64,000 bases of DNA from the NCBI GenBank assembly GCA_047495785.1, contig JBLDXI010000029.1, positions 2,418,001-2,482,000 of the forward strand. The letters are read 5' to 3'. The notes under the pieces are model-generated. The model did not search any database and was not told the DNA's origin. It worked only from the letters and a program-made list of their open reading frames with translations. Shown one piece after another: positions 13,619 through 28,140 of this stretch. The number at the start of each line of letters is the position of its first letter. Position 1 is the first letter of the stretch. The DNA comes from Lepidodermella squamata. Lineage: Eukaryota > Animalia > Gastrotricha. The position numbers and the translations under genes are program-made.

Positions 13619-16600
13619 ATGGTAACAGCCCAGCAAAATCCATCCTTTATTGCGATATCTTTCGCGGTAATTGTATGCGCTCAGTACCTCATCAGACCAT
13701 CAGTAGCACTCCCAGAAGGTAAAATCGAACAATTCATATTAATTTAAATTTAAATTTAATTTTTTTCATCAGGAGGCCTGCATGTTTTCAGAGGTAACGA
13801 ACTTGCATCGAAAATCACCGAATCCACGAGTGAAGAATTTGTCGTGCGAAAGCGAGTCAAAGACAGCCCGTGGTGTAAAATCTGCCACCGCATGCCGCAC
13901 TCTAGCACAAAAGGACTTTGTCTTCATTGCCCTCATCATGGTTGATAAAACGCGTTGTTATATCTCAATAATTGTCGTCTGGAAGATCTGCAGTTGTTTT
14001 TTCTCAAAATTGAATTAAACGCCATCGAAACTTCCTAGTCGTTCATCGACGGCGCGCCGAACTATATGTCGGCCACGTGGTGGATGACCTTTGCGAAATG
14101 AAAGTTATTGTCGTGTTGTGCGAAAGATGACCCGCATTCTCCACCAAGAACGGAAGTCTAATTTTAGCTTTAGCGCTCGTCTTTCTGTTGCGCGTAGCTC
14201 ACTGACGTTTCAACGTTGTCAAACAAAATCGCAGCAACACAAATTTTATTCTCGTTATTCATTTTTCGTTGAAATAATGTTGCTTGTTATTTTTTTTACA
14301 AGCCTTCAAAAGTCTGACGTTATAAAAGCGGAAATGCGCAGCAATTTTTCTCAAAAAAAGTAATAAAAGATGAAATTTGAACTGCGTTGGCAAGTTTTAT
14401 GTCAGGTGAAAGCCACGTAATGGCCGGAAATAAGTGGCGAGATGTTTTGTTTTATCTATGAGAGGGAGTGTCGGAGTACAGCATGTCTGATTTCTGCCAT
14501 TGCTAACCTGACATCATGACTTGCGAATTTGTCACCTTAATAAACTTAAAGAACGGAACTTTCAATTAACTTCGCGACAATTCCATCAAAGCATTGAATA
14601 TTCCGTTGTTGTCAATTAAAAAATGTCTGCTGATTAAAAATCTATCAAAACATTTATGTTCTAACTTATTAAGAATTTTGAGAAGATAGCACTAAATCGA
14701 ATTAGTCTTTATTAGCTGACATTTCAAGGCCAGAAAAATGGTCAGCTAACTGGGGACTAATTCGATTGCAAGTCAGAGTAAGTCTATATTGTTTGTTCCT
14801 CAGAGCGTGGTCTTTCAAAGTGCGAAATTCGGCGGCGGCCCTAGCACGTGACAAATCAATTTTTGCAAAATTGTGTTATGACAATTTGAACACGCCATGG
14901 CAAATGATTTTAAGCGCATTTCTTGCCCAGTTTAACCGCAAATGTTTGACGGACATTTCTTCAATTTGTCATGATGTTATTTTAACACACGCTTGATTGG
15001 TCATGACAAATGCCCTTATATCTACGAGCTGGCCGTCTCTTTATTTTGCATTCGGTAAATAGTAAACATTACTGGGACAGACAAATGGGACGAAATTAAT
15101 TTCACCTTTTTGAACCTGATGAAATGTCTGCAAACAGGTTTACATATAGAAATTGATCTTACATATACAACTTGATGGCCAGGGCCACTGCTGTCAGATG
15201 AGCAAATTGAATAAATAACGAAGAAAATATACGCTGTGTTGATTAAGGTGTGAGCTGATGTACCTATATCGATTTTGTCACCCGGGTACTGGTGTGTTTT
15301 TAGGGTGGCTCTAAAATGGCCTAATTTCGCCTAGAATAAATAAGGCTTTATTATACACGGAATGCACGGGTGGTTGACCCGTTTCCCTTTTCCTGTGATT
15401 AGTTTTATGATTCATTTCTCGAAACAATCTACCTACTATGGAAACACTGGCGATATCGTTCAGGTAGCAAAAATCCGAATTAATCGTTCAATATAAGGAA
15501 ATTCTATTTACAATAGCTGCAATGTCGCTTATCGGAATCAAGTATTTGTATAACTTTGGTGCCTGAGCATAACGATGCAACTAGCGATAGCTCAACACCG
15601 TTCAGTGTAATTTGGGTCTACTCGGCGCTGCCTCCTGATGCCGAATTCGCATCGATGGATAGATATCAGCAAACAACAAGCAAATCGCCGACAACTCGAG
15701 CGCCGTGGCTGCCGGAAATACCCGGAACGAAACCAAGGCCCCTGAAAAACAGCGGCCGTTACCTGATCTACCCAATCAGCAGTGAGGAGCTCATCCCTCA
15801 AGTCATACTTCAGATCACTAATGTCACCTGGTAATTATGGCGCCAAATTTTGCGTAGTTTCCTGTTTTAGCTGAAAACATCCCCCGCTTGCACTTAGGCG
15901 TAGGAAATTCGACAGTTTAATAGTGGGATAAAAGTTCGGAGAAATTATTCGTCTCTGTTCGATATTCCTAGGTGTGTTCAAATCAGTGGGATCTTATTAC
16001 AGGCAGTTTAGAATTAGCAGACTATATCAGACGTTTATTTTTGTTTAAATCCCTCGATTTTGGTGTCATTCTAGGTCAGATGCCGGGACCTATGCGTGCT
16101 ATTGCGCTGAAGACTTCCCGCCCCGAGCCCTGGGCATTCATCAAATGGTTATTTTCGGTCGCCCCTATGTCATAATCTCGGCTTTCGAAACTGGTTATCA
16201 CTACGCCATACCGTCTACCCGGGTTGTTTCGGAGAACAATTCAACGATGACCAGTTTGATGCTAGCGCCCTTGTCCAACATCACGCTCACGTGCGTATAC
16301 TCAAACACCGTGTTCCCTATTCGGATGTTTGTTTGGCTCAAGGACGGCGCCGAATTAGCGACGAGTGCGTCGGATAATACCCTGGAAATCACAAATATGA
16401 CCACGTGAGTCGGGTTGTGAATTATTTTTAATTCGAATGCACCTTTCTCGTCGTACGTATAGGGAAGATCGAGGATACTACGCTTGTCGTGTCGTGCTGT
16501 CTGATATGATCAATTCGACCGGACCTTCGTTTCAGCTTAATACACCCGATATTCCGACAAGTTTGTCTCATTAAAATAAACGTACACTGCGCAAAAAAGT

Positions 16601-17250
16601 CCGGTTTCACCGCAAATTGAAATGATCATTTTTTTGCAATAAATATGGGGCAAATCTGGGATAAGTCTGTGTCAGACCTAGTAAACGACATGCAAAACGC
16701 GGCAAATGAACCCTAATTTTTTGCGCTGTGTATAAGAGATATTTTTATATTAAAGATTTTTCCTAAGAATTTCAAATATTTAAAATTCAAAAATCAAATT
16801 TTTTCCCCCTTACAATTTCAAATATTTAAACAAAAATGTGGGTTAAAAATGCGCGACGTTTTGAGTTTCTCTCGTTAAAAATAATTGAAATTTAAAAATT
16901 AAAATTAGAAAAATATTTTCAATTTTTTTAATTTGAACAAAGTGGATGGAATTTTTTTATGATTTTTTTTATTATTATTTCTCTCAGCTACTCAATCAAT
17001 GTCTGAGTATGTGAAGAAAGACGATTTTCCAGTTATCCTAGTCATAGTTTTGGCCTGCGTCCTCTTCATTGTCATTCTAATGACTGTCGTTACAATTCTC
17101 ATCATCCGAGCTCTCCAAAAGCAGCAAAGAGATCGCGTGGTAGGTTGATTGGGCTTTGAAAATAAAGAAAATAAATTCCGTTTAAATTTCCAGCGATTCA
17201 CTCTTCCAACCTCAGCGAACGCAGGTTACGATTCGCCACGATCGCGATAG
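13619..17250 (+). CDS. Type I membrane immunoglobulin-superfamily protein (2 Ig domains, TM helix, short tail)
   Basis: Signal-peptide-like exon 13619-13718. Ig motifs LQC..VIW..LQITNVTWSDAGTYAC and ITLTC..WLKDG..LEITN..EDRGYYAC. Hydrophobic TM near 17030-17105; stop at 17250. Joining of the 5' exons is uncertain. Confidence 0.75.
16585..16730. mobile_element. Short Tc1/mariner-type MITE in an intron
   Basis: TIRs CACTGCGCAAAAAA / TTTTTTGCGCTGTG, flanked on both sides by TA (16583-84 and 16731-32). Confidence 0.65.
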
Positions 17251-18013
17251 CGAAAAAAATCTCGAGTCAAAATATCACTCTTTTATTAACGAGCTTGGTT
17301 GTTTTGTTTCGGAGTTTTAGAGAGAATTTCACGCGCAGACAAAATGATAAAATCTGAAGAATAAATTATTAGCCTCGATCAATAAATACTTTGTTCTGAA
17401 TTTTTTTTTTACCATCATCCTGGGTTGTGGCTACAATTTAGGGCGCGAGAGACATCATTATACAAGAAAATTATATCCAATACAATTGTGCCGATATGCG
17501 TATATAGTATTTTCGTTTTAGAGTAAGTGTGGTATAGAGAGAGAAAGAGACAAATACGATTTTCCCATTAGTTATTTACAGCTCCGTTAATTATTCATCA
17601 GCGAGTTCATAACAATAAAATCACTCATAATATTCAAGATTTTTACATCATGAAGGCGATGCGTTCCGTTTATATGGTGTGTAAATATCCTCAAATTTTA
17701 GGAAAAAATGGCAATTTTTTAGGCAACACATCGGAAAGAGGTAAACTTTCTACAAAACATGGCGAAGAATGCAAACTCAATCGTGCATAGCTAAGAAAGT
17801 GCTAGAAAAAACGGAATGGAATAGTAATATGAAAAAAAATTGCAGATTGTAAATTAATATCCGAATAAAATTTTATCACATTTTAGCCTTTTTGCAACAG
17901 AATTCGTTGTAAGTGCGGAAAGCTGGTAACTAAATGGTGTGGCGCATAATTTTCCCCTGAATATTTTTATAACTCAAGCAGATTGCATCTCATTTTCACA
18001 TTGAGTTATCAAA

Positions 18014-20397
18014 CTATTTCTTCTGCGAGCCGTTGTTTCCTATGCCCTGGGTGTGAAGCTGAGCCAGAGCTTGTTCCGTTATCGTACCGTACATTTGCGA
18101 GTATGAGTTGAAATTGGCACGATGGGCACCTGAAGACGGCTGGTTTCGCGAGTTGTCATACACCCTGCGGCCGTATTTATCCGGATGCTGACGACCCGGT
18201 GGTGAAAGTCCATCGCCGTACGATCTCGGCTCTTGCGGCTGAGCTTGAGGCTGTGGCTTGTCTTTGGCTGAAACAGGTCGCGAGCCAACACCGTGATAAC
18301 CACTCTGCGTTTTCGAACCCGTTGCGCCCATCGATACCGTATGATGAAGCGGTTTGTTCGAAGTTGAATTTTTTGAATCTCGAACAACAACCGGGTTGCC
18401 TAAACCGCGGCTGAAGGAACTTCTGACGCCAGGCCCACCAATGGTTTGGCTCAGCATCCCTTGGTCACCCTCGTAGACAGCATGGCCATCAACGTGGACG
18501 TTTTCGAGACTTCTCTGCCGGGCTAGTTTGCTATTACGCCCGCTATTACCCGGCCCGCCCAACATTTGATTCCCATTATTGGCATGCGATATCACATGAT
18601 GGTTGTTAGAAGTGCCACAGGCGGCGGCGGCCAGTAAGGCAGAACGTCCAGGTAGACATTTGTTGAAAGCCGAGCTCGTTTTTTCAGCCATGCCGCCAAT
18701 AACATCTAAATTTAAACACATGAATGAGCGCACGTGATACAAACAAGACTTGCGCCATTCATACTAGCGCGCTTTGAATGAAATAACAAACAAACAAGGC
18801 TTTTACGCAGAAATTGGGTACTTTTTAGCCGAAATCAGGACGATTTTAGGATTTAATTAGTGAAATCGTCTTACTTGTTGCTGAGTTGCTTCGCATTAAT
18901 CCAGCGCTACTCACTGCCGCCTTGACTTCAGGCCCGCCTGCAGCTACAACAGCAGCGGCGCGAGCCGCATTAGCCCCGCTTGTGCCGAGGACTTGGCCAG
19001 GAACTTGACCGGGTACAGTGCCGGCTACTGCAGCTGTAGTTACGCGAAGATTTCGCTTCTCGAGTTCGACCTGAGATGACCTAACTAAATCCTCGCGTTT
19101 CTTTCTCCGCCGCTCGGCTTTTTTCTGAAGGATCATTTCGTACAGCTTGTTTCTGTACTCTTCGACAGAAAGCTGGACGTCATCGTCGAGAGGCGGGACA
19201 ACCACTCGACCAGCGATGTGTTCGTCTTGAGGGTTATGAAATTTGGCGACATATGGGTGCTTCAAACATTGCTCTGATGAGGGGCGTTTATCTGGGTTAA
19301 AGACTAGCAGACGTTTCATCAAGTCTAGACCGTCTGCAGGTTGGCCGTCTCCGGCTATTTCGTCGAGGTTTTTGCGAACAGTTTTATCGCGAGCTTTTTC
19401 TATCACAGATGCGCCATAGGCCGATTTGATTGCTTCGACATCATCAGCAGTTGGCGGGGGAATAGCAGCTATGATGCGCTCCACTTGATTAAGTGTGCTT
19501 GACCCGGGGAAAAGAGGCTTTCCGCTCAACATTTCTCCTATAATACAGCCCAAGCTCCACAGATCAACACCGGCGGTGTAACTGTTCGGAATGAATAATC
19601 ATTAAAAATATACAATCGCATTGTAAATTCTCACCGATGAGAAGCAAGTAGAATTTCTGGCGCTCGATACCAACGAGTTGCCACGTATTCTGTGAGATTG
19701 GGGTCGCCAGTTTCTTCGTCGCGTCGGATTTGGGAGAGTGACCGGGCCAAACCGAAATCGCAAATTTTTACAAAGCAATTGGCATCGAGGAGTATGTTAG
19801 AAGGCTAAAAATTAAGAGCAGTTCATGGAAATGTCCAGCTAAAGACTCATTCCACTACCTTTAAATCACGGTGAATAACGGCTGCGGAGTGCAGATATTT
19901 CATGGCTTTAAAGAGCTGATACATAATATATCGTTTGTGTATTTCTTGGAGAATGTTTCCTCTCTTTATGACATTGTGCAAGTCAGTATCTGTGGATATT
20001 GAAAATAAAACATTAATAGCAACGCTCGATTTGCAGACTCGCAGATCTAATTACCCATGAACTCAAAGACTAGATAAATGTCTTTATCATTCTCAGCACG
20101 AATAACATTTAGCAATTTGACGATGTTCTTATGGTCGGCAAACTCTTGGAGAAAGAAGATTTCGCGGAAAGTTCGCTGAAAAATCGTGATTCTTGTCAAA
20201 AAGCTTACAAAACAAAACCATTACAAAATTACCTGAGCATCTGTTTGATTTCGGAATGCATCAAATATCTTCTTCAAGGCCACTGGCTCGCTACTATGAG
20301 TATCGATGGCCTTCCATACGATGCCATAGGCTCCTTTACCCAGGCGCTTTTTGACATCGTACCGGGTAAGGACGTGCGGTTCGATGTCGGTAGTCAT
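18014..20397 (-). CDS. MAPK15: Atypical MAP kinase ERK7/8
   Basis: [62 protein letters not shown] and [19 protein letters not shown], with a long low-complexity C-terminus; six exons. Confidence 0.92.
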
Positions 20398-22377
20398 TGA
20401 ATCAGCCTTAAATTCTCATCGCAAAGAGTTTGCGGACGTCCTAAATCTAGAATAAAGAAAACCCATTATCAGGAATAAATTAGATTGTCTTTTTCGGGGA
20501 CCAAGAACACTTCCATAAGCTATAAGCTACACGAGTTAGTAAAAATGTGCATCAATTTGAAACTAAAATAACCGATCAGTCTCCCAACAGGAAAATGAAA
20601 CAACTAGCTGCGAGGAGTTACCCGTAGTAGTCTCATTACTAAACCCAACGAAAACAAAGCACCGAGTTGCTCCATAGAACCTAAATACCGCCGGAGTACC
20701 GACCAAGGGCTACCGGATCATAACTATAGACGCTCCTAACGTCAAGGACATTCGACAAAAGCATAAACATATTAAAATCATTATTAGTATAATGAGGATA
20801 TTTTATTACCTATTTTAAAAAGTATTTTGCATGCTTATTTAGTGGGAGTAATATCACTCGCTGGTCGCTGTTTCCGCAAGCCTTCCGGCGGCGCGGTCTC
20901 CGAAGTGAGGAGATGCGATGAGCGCCATCTAGTCATTCCAGTTTGCCATTCCAGTGTGCTTGTTACAAAGGGTTTGTGGGCTGTAAATCATCTGCTGAAA
21001 AATATGATATTTTTCTTTCATCGCAACGAGATGGTTGTTGAAACAGTCAAGCGAATCCTGATTTTGTTCAAAAACATAAAGAACAGCAGCTCAGATGTCA
21101 AACTACTGATTAACTGCCGAGTTCCGGAAAACTGCTATACTTTGGTGCGTAAACTCAAATGATAGGGAGTGACTGTAAGGATGTCCCCGATTGACCGAGT
21201 GATCAGCGAACGCCGTAAGAACAGGGTAGTCTGTTGCGCGAAAAAGGCAAGGCGTGGTTCTCTTAGTCGAGAATTCCGGTCCTCTTTTTCTCGTTATTCC
21301 GAATTCATAACGCTAGCTGACCCCCGAAAATCTAAACATCACATGAACTCAAAAAGTCGCACACAGTAAGATGAGCCGAGTCAACAGGAGTTTTATTTTT
21401 ATCCTTGCAAATACCAGAGAAGCTACTTTGTGATTGCAAACACTCTTCGATAAAAGCCCTATCGATTATGTCCGCCTTGAGGCTACTTCGTACTGAATCA
21501 GAACAGCGTGCTCGGCTTTTGATTTGATATGGAAGTTTGTAATTATTTTTGTAATCCAAACATCATCTGTTTAATCAGCAAAATGCGAGTTAATATCTAG
21601 GAACGCTCTCCCTTGCTGCTGGTATCTCTGCGTTATCTCCTTGCGCATTATTCTTCGTGCTGGTTTACAGCTATCACTAACCAGGATACAAAGTCAAATA
21701 ACGTCAAATAACAATACAGTTTATTTGATGACACAATTGGTGTGTTAAAAAATGTATAGCAACGGCGATTAGGACGGTCCGGCAAGTATCAACTTGAAAA
21801 AGGCGCTATCATAATAGAAGCTACAACCGGACGAGTGAATACTGAGTACTAACCAAGATAGAATTGAACATATGATAATAATATTTTTTGCGACTTTTCA
21901 TCTCAGAAATCGAAATTTAAAACATCGACGTTTACGCAGACAAAGTGATGCAGTGACTAACGATATACACAGGGGTAAATTTAACGTGTATCAAAAGTTA
22001 CACAAATAAAAGATAGTTACGCAAGTTTCTAGTGACGTTAATAGGATGAAGGTCGTAATCAAGACTAACAGTGCTGGCTAAAGCTTTTCATTCAAGATTG
22101 ATTATAGAGAACCTTGAGTAGCTCGTCGAATAGACAGAGATACGTCAAAATACGGCAATCGATTGTAATCGATGTCTTTAAACAGCATGCCAACGCGGTG
22201 TTACTGTTCCAAAAATCCAACAATTTAGCAACTCGGCAACATTTCATAGAAAGACTAATTAAATTATATCAGAACTTCCGTAACAGCTTAATTTTAAAAC
22301 AGAGTTCTCGAAACTAAGGTCAAAACAGCTATGATGTTCACGTGCATTCATAGTTTATATGTGTGGTAGCTGGTCGC

Positions 22378-24448
22378 TCAAGGTGCGAGTGGCATTGTTT
22401 CAACTTTGTTAGGCACCACAAATTTGCACGCGGTGGCTGCTTTAACTTGGTCGAGGGTGACGTTATCGGCAAGCTCCCTCAGGATAAGACCGTGCTTCTT
22501 ATCGACGTCGAAAACCGCCATTTCGGTAATAATTCGCGACGCGACGCCCTTGCCAGTCAACGGCAGGGTGCACTCTTCCAAAATCTTCGGCTTGCCCTAT
22601 AAAAAATGAAAGATAAATTGCACCGCAAAATATTTGAGCCAAAAACAAACCTTTGCAGTATGCTGCATAGCAATGATGACGTTAGCCCCAGGTGCAGCGA
22701 CCAAATCCATGGCGCCTCCCATGCCTTTTACGAGTTTGCTCGGGACCATCCAGTTAGCCAAATCTCCAGATTTCGAGACTTGCATAGCACCGAGGATTGT
22801 GCGATGAACGTGGCCGCCTCGGATCATAGCGAACGAGTCGTCAGACGAGAAGAACGACCCGCCCTTGATAACTGAGACGGTCTCCTTGCCGGCGTTGATC
22901 AGGTCGGAGTCGACGAATTGCTTATCAGGGTAAGGACCCATGCCTAGGATGCCGTTTTCGGACTGAAGGATGACGTTGAGACCCTCGCGGATGTGATCGG
23001 CGGCGCACATTGGCAGACCAATGCCGAGATTGATGACCATGCCGTCGAGCAGTTCGAGGGCGGTACGGCGGACGATGCGATCGCGAACCGGGTCGGTGTC
23101 TTGCGAGCCTTCAGAACCGGTGGTCTTGTATCGCAGTTTCTGAAGGGAAACAAACATAATAAATAAGCCCCTCCAAACAAGTATCTTCCGAATTGGAAAT
23201 GTTCCGAAAAAATAGACAGCCAATACGAGGGGAAACTTTGGACACAACCTGTTTCTCGAAGATTAACAGTTCTCTTTTGCTCAAAATATCGATTTTTGGA
23301 AAATGTGGGCAATGTTATCACTGATTTTCCTGCAAATTTATCATTTTCATGCAGAATATTTCATTTTTACTTGATTTTTGGCAATGTATAACGTGTTTGG
23401 CCTACTTGAGAAAATTATTGGGTGATTTTAGACGTTCATTGGCTTTAGCTAAGGCCTCGTATCCATCCACCTTGAAATATGGGTCAAATTTTGAAGAAAA
23501 TAAGAAACATATGCGTCAATTATTAAATTTAATATTCTTGAAAAACCTTGAAAGATCTTAGAAAATATTACCTCGATTCTGCGCTCAAAAGGCGCGCCTT
23601 CAAGGATGCGATCAACGAAAATTCCAGGAAGATGAACTTGATCAGGGTCGATCTCCCCAGTTTCTACGACCTCTTCAACCTCAGCAATTGTCACTTTCGC
23701 AGCTTTCGCGAACGGAATATTGAAATTACGGGCCGATTTGCGGAAAACCAAATTTCCAGCCCGGTCAGCTTTCCACGCCTTGATCAGCGCAAAATCGCCC
23801 TTAATCGCTCGTTCCATGATAAAGTGATGGCCATCGAATTTTCGGTACTCACGCGGCTCGCTGTGAATCGCGACAGTGCCGTCCTTTTCGTACCGAATCG
23901 GCACGCCACCGCTTTGCACCAGTGTACCAAAACCGGTCGGGGTGAAAAACGCGGGTATTCCGGCACCACCAGCTCGGCAACGCTCGACCAAGGTACCCTG
24001 AGGGGTGAATTCGACCTCAATCTCACCCTGTAGATATTGCCGTTGGCATTCGGGGTTGTTTCCGATGTAAGAGCACAGCACTCGTTTGATTTGATGTTTT
24101 TTAACGAGAAGACCGAGGCCGAAATCAGGAACACCAGCGCTATCGGAAACGGCTGTTAGATTCTTGGTTCCTTTTTCCGCCAGAGCTTTAAGCAAATTTT
24201 CGGGGATTCCAACTATACCGAAACCAGACATGAGGACAGTCGCACCATCTGGAATGTCTTTAATTGCCTCAAGTTTATCCTTGACAAATTTCACGTTGAG
24301 CGACGAAGTTGTTGAAAAATTCGAGCTGAGAACCTAATTTAAAAATTCCGTCAAATTTTCGATAAATTTCGTAAAAATAAATTACCCTTGCAATATGTGA
24401 GCAGCTTTGCAAATTTTTCGTATACATGGTGGCTTTGGACAAAGCCAT
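22378..24448 (-). CDS. Divergent succinyl-CoA:3-ketoacid CoA-transferase paralogue (SCOT-like, copy B)
   Basis: [23 protein letters not shown], catalytic QSENG and GMGGAMDL. Four exons; start at 24448 or 24427. Confidence 0.85.
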
Positions 24449-24804
24449 TTTTAGAGGCAGTGACTTTAAAAGTCTAAAAGTTCAAAAAAATAAATCAAAT
24501 AACTCTTGCATTTCATTTGAGTATGATTTAAAAAATACGTAACCGGTAACACACGAGAAAGGAGCCAAAAAATAATAAATGAATGGTTCACTAACTCTCA
24601 TGTTCACAAAAAATTGTCACAAATGATTTCTCGATTGCTACATTCAGAAAAAAGATCTCAAGAAAAGTAGGGTGCGCGATTTTAACACATGGTGCTTGTA
24701 ACGCAGCACTCACTAAATAATACATTTTTTCAACAAAGCATGTAGGTATGGTGTTCAAATTGTTAGATGATTGTTCTTTGCGAGGCAATTCAATCGAGGT
24801 TCAA

Positions 24805-26488
24805 TTAAATTTGGCCCATCGGCTTCAACGAGCCTGAGACTTTGAACTCGCAGGCTGTGGCAGCTTTGACTTGATCTAACGTGACGTTATCGGCGATTTC
24901 GATCAAAGTCAGACCCTCAGTTGGGTTGACGTTGAAAACGCCTATTTCAGTGATAATCATGCTGACAACGCTTTTGCCAGTCAATGGCAAGTTGCATTCC
25001 TTCAAAATTTTTGGAGTACCCTGTAAAAAATCGGAATAATAAAATCGATTAAAAAAAATTGCCGCGTGAAAAACCTTGGCAGTATGTTCCATAGTGACCA
25101 CAACCTTAGATCCAACAGCACTAACCAGGTCCATAGCTCCGCCCATGCCCTTGACCAGTTTACCTGGAATCATCCAGTTGGCCAAATCGCCAAATCTCGA
25201 AACTTGCATCGCTCCTAAAACCGTCAGATCGATATGACCCCTATTAAACGAGATTTTAAGGAAATTATTTAATTTTAAGTAGTAATATTTACCCTCTAAT
25301 CATGGCGAATGAGTCATCGCTTGAGAAGAAAGAGCCGCCTTTAACAATGGTAACAGTCTCTTTGCCGGCATTGACCAAATCCGCATCAACCTCGGCCTTG
25401 GTAGGGTAAGGACCAAGGCCTAAAATGCCGTTTTCACTTTGTAAGAACACCTTAACGTCGGGTTTAAGGAAGCTTGGGGCGAGCATAGGCATGCCAATGC
25501 CGAGATTTACGAACATGCCGTCTTTCAACTCGAGGGCAGCGCGGCGAACAATTCGTTCGCGGACGAGGTCAGCTTTCGATTTCGGCTTTTCAGCTTCGGC
25601 AGTTGCTGCACGAGTTCGAAGGCGCTATAAAAAATTCAAAATTTTTCAAAAAATTAAGGCGGAATTATTGCATTGATTTACCTCGATGCGTTTTTCGAAA
25701 GATTTTCCTTTAATAACGCGATGAACGAAAACATGAGGAATATGAACGTTATCCGGGTCGATTTCGCCATCTTCGACAATTTCTTCAACTTCAGCGATGG
25801 TAACTTTGGCAGCTTTACACATGGCCGGGTTGAAATTTCGGGCCGATTTACGGAAAATCAAATTCCCGCTGCGGTCAGCCTTCCACGCTTTGACTAGCGC
25901 GAAATCACCGGTGATAGCTTCTTCCAGTACGTAGTGTTTCCCCTTATAGACTCGCTCCTCCTTTTTCTTGCTAGTAATCGCGACCTTCCCGTCAGCTGAG
26001 TATTTAATTGGAGCCCCGCCAAGGTGGATCATTGTTCCGTAGCCAGTGGGCGTGAAAAACGCCGGAACGCCAGCTCCACCAGCGCGAATTCGTTCTGCTA
26101 ACGTGCCTTGAGGCGTGAATTCAAGTTCCAGCTCGCCGTGCAGGTATTGCCGTTCGAATTCGGCATTTTCACCGACATAAGAAGAGATCATTCGCTTGAT
26201 TTGACGAGTTTTCAGCAGAAGACCGAGGCCGAAATTGTCGACGCCAGCGTTGTTACTCACAGCAGTCAAACCTTTGGCCCCAGATTTTAGCAGACCATTG
26301 ATCAAATTTTCTGGAATGCCACATAGTCCAAAACCGCCGACCAAAACCGTCGCGCCATCTGGGATGTCCTTCACAGCCTCATGAGGGTCATCGTAAAACC
26401 GAGCGTTGCGTAGAGCTGATGTTGAAAAACTGTACGATAGGTTTTTAAAAACGCGAGGCTTCAGTAGATAATGCCTGGCCGAGTGCAT
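24805..26488 (-). CDS. OXCT1: Succinyl-CoA:3-ketoacid CoA-transferase, mitochondrial (copy A)
   Basis: Transit-peptide-like N-terminus; [27 protein letters not shown] and GMGGAMDLV. Introns at 25625-25681, 25241-25292 and approx 25022-25074. Confidence 0.92.
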
Positions 26489-27165
26489 TGTTAATTATTT
26501 GCAGAATAAACTTCTACATTGCAATGCGTAAAAATGAATCAGTTTGATAGTAGTGGGTTGAGTAAAAAGTGTCCGTAACTAGTTTCGATATTATTAAGAC
26601 AACGTCATGTGGTGCGCATGTCTGATGCCAGTTCAAAAATTCGTACGATAAAACTAGAAGAAAACAGCACGCGTTTAGCCGATGTGGTTACGCAAAATTC
26701 TGGTGTGATTTTACTATCAAGAGAAGCTTTATCCGTGCATCAATTCAAGTGTTCACATGTGTGCGAGCCCTATTCTGACGAGGTTGAATAAATGCATTGA
26801 TAAACATAGAATCTTATTGCTCTCTTCAACTAGGGATTGATAGAGAAGAATGGCGATTAATCTTTTAAAAAATGTTACTTCACTTGTTTGATTAGCCAAA
26901 CCGCAAGTAACCGGTAGCTCATCAATAATCCTAAAACATTCGCTGCCTCGGCCAAATCGAGCTATGGGTAATACAAATTAATAAACCTATAATCAATTCA
27001 AATGTATTGTTATTATAGATGTGTTTAAAAATCACAGCTTTATTAATTTCAGCAAGCTTGAACGGATTACGAATTAGACATCAGCGGAATGATCGATCGA
27101 TTCAGCAGCCAATTAAATCGATGATGAACAATAAGGCGAGTATTTAGTCAACATTCGTGTCCAAA

Positions 27166-28140
27166 CTACATCAAGTATGGAACCAAAACGCGTCGATTTT
27201 TCGGATACTTATCGCCAAACGTTTTGATGTACCACTGATGGGTGAGCAAACCTGCGACCATTTGATTGCACAAGACGAAAAAGAAAACAGCATAAACGCC
27301 GTTGTTGCGCCATCCAGCGACAAGAACATAAGCGACGTAAATCAAAATCTCGCAGAAAAAGTGAGGACTGCTGACATATTCGAACAGCCCACCGTAAGGG
27401 ATCTTGTGCTCTTTATGGACAGTTTTTCCCGACTTGTCTTGACGAAGAGAGGCAAGAATGTGATGGCTTTCGTTATGCTTGTAGCTAGCCCAAATGAAAA
27501 GAAGGATTCCCGATACAGCAGAAATATTTAGCTCAGAGAAGAACTGATTCAAGGTCATTGGGGTTGAAGGCAAAACAGAATAACTTAGAACCATGTAAGG
27601 AAACATGGAGTAGAGCACAATCCCGAGATGGTAATGGATCAAGTTCATGGTACCAGCAGAATAAACCTAAACAAACCATGTAATCAATAAAAATCTTCAG
27701 TTCACTGCGAGGGAACCTACCGATACGTAGAGACACTCGTAAAGACGACGCGCATTTTGAATAAACATCAGGTATACAACGATAGCTGCCATGGCTGGCC
27801 TGGTGTAGCCATCATTTACCGAAGTGGTTGAACTGACATACGACAAAATAGTTTGACAAAATGATGGAAATCGAGTCACTCCAAGGTAGGACGCAAACAA
27901 CAAATGGGACATGATGCCATTTGAAAATACTCCAACGATGTAGAAGTGCAAAAACCATTTCTTCGGAACTTCCATGAGTCGAATCAGTGACCATTGTTGT
28001 CTATCGCCACGAACTTTTCCGTATAAAAGCAGGTCTTGGAGGAATTGAGGTAGCTTTAGCTGGAAAAGCTGCACAACACCCATTATGGCGATGAACGCCG
28101 AGAACACGTACCAGTAAACACACATGTAGAAAGCTCCCAT
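27166..28140 (-). CDS. SRD5A3: Polyprenol reductase (steroid 5-alpha-reductase 3 family)
   Basis: VPKKWFLHFY, RRLYECLYVS, HKIPYGGLFEYVSSPHFFCEILIY and THQWY; one intron 27720-27667. Confidence 0.88.

Noticed and set aside
20715-20750. TAACTATAGACGCTCCTAACGT resembling an LSU rRNA / homing-endonuclease site
   Set aside because: Short imperfect match with no rRNA-like flanks.
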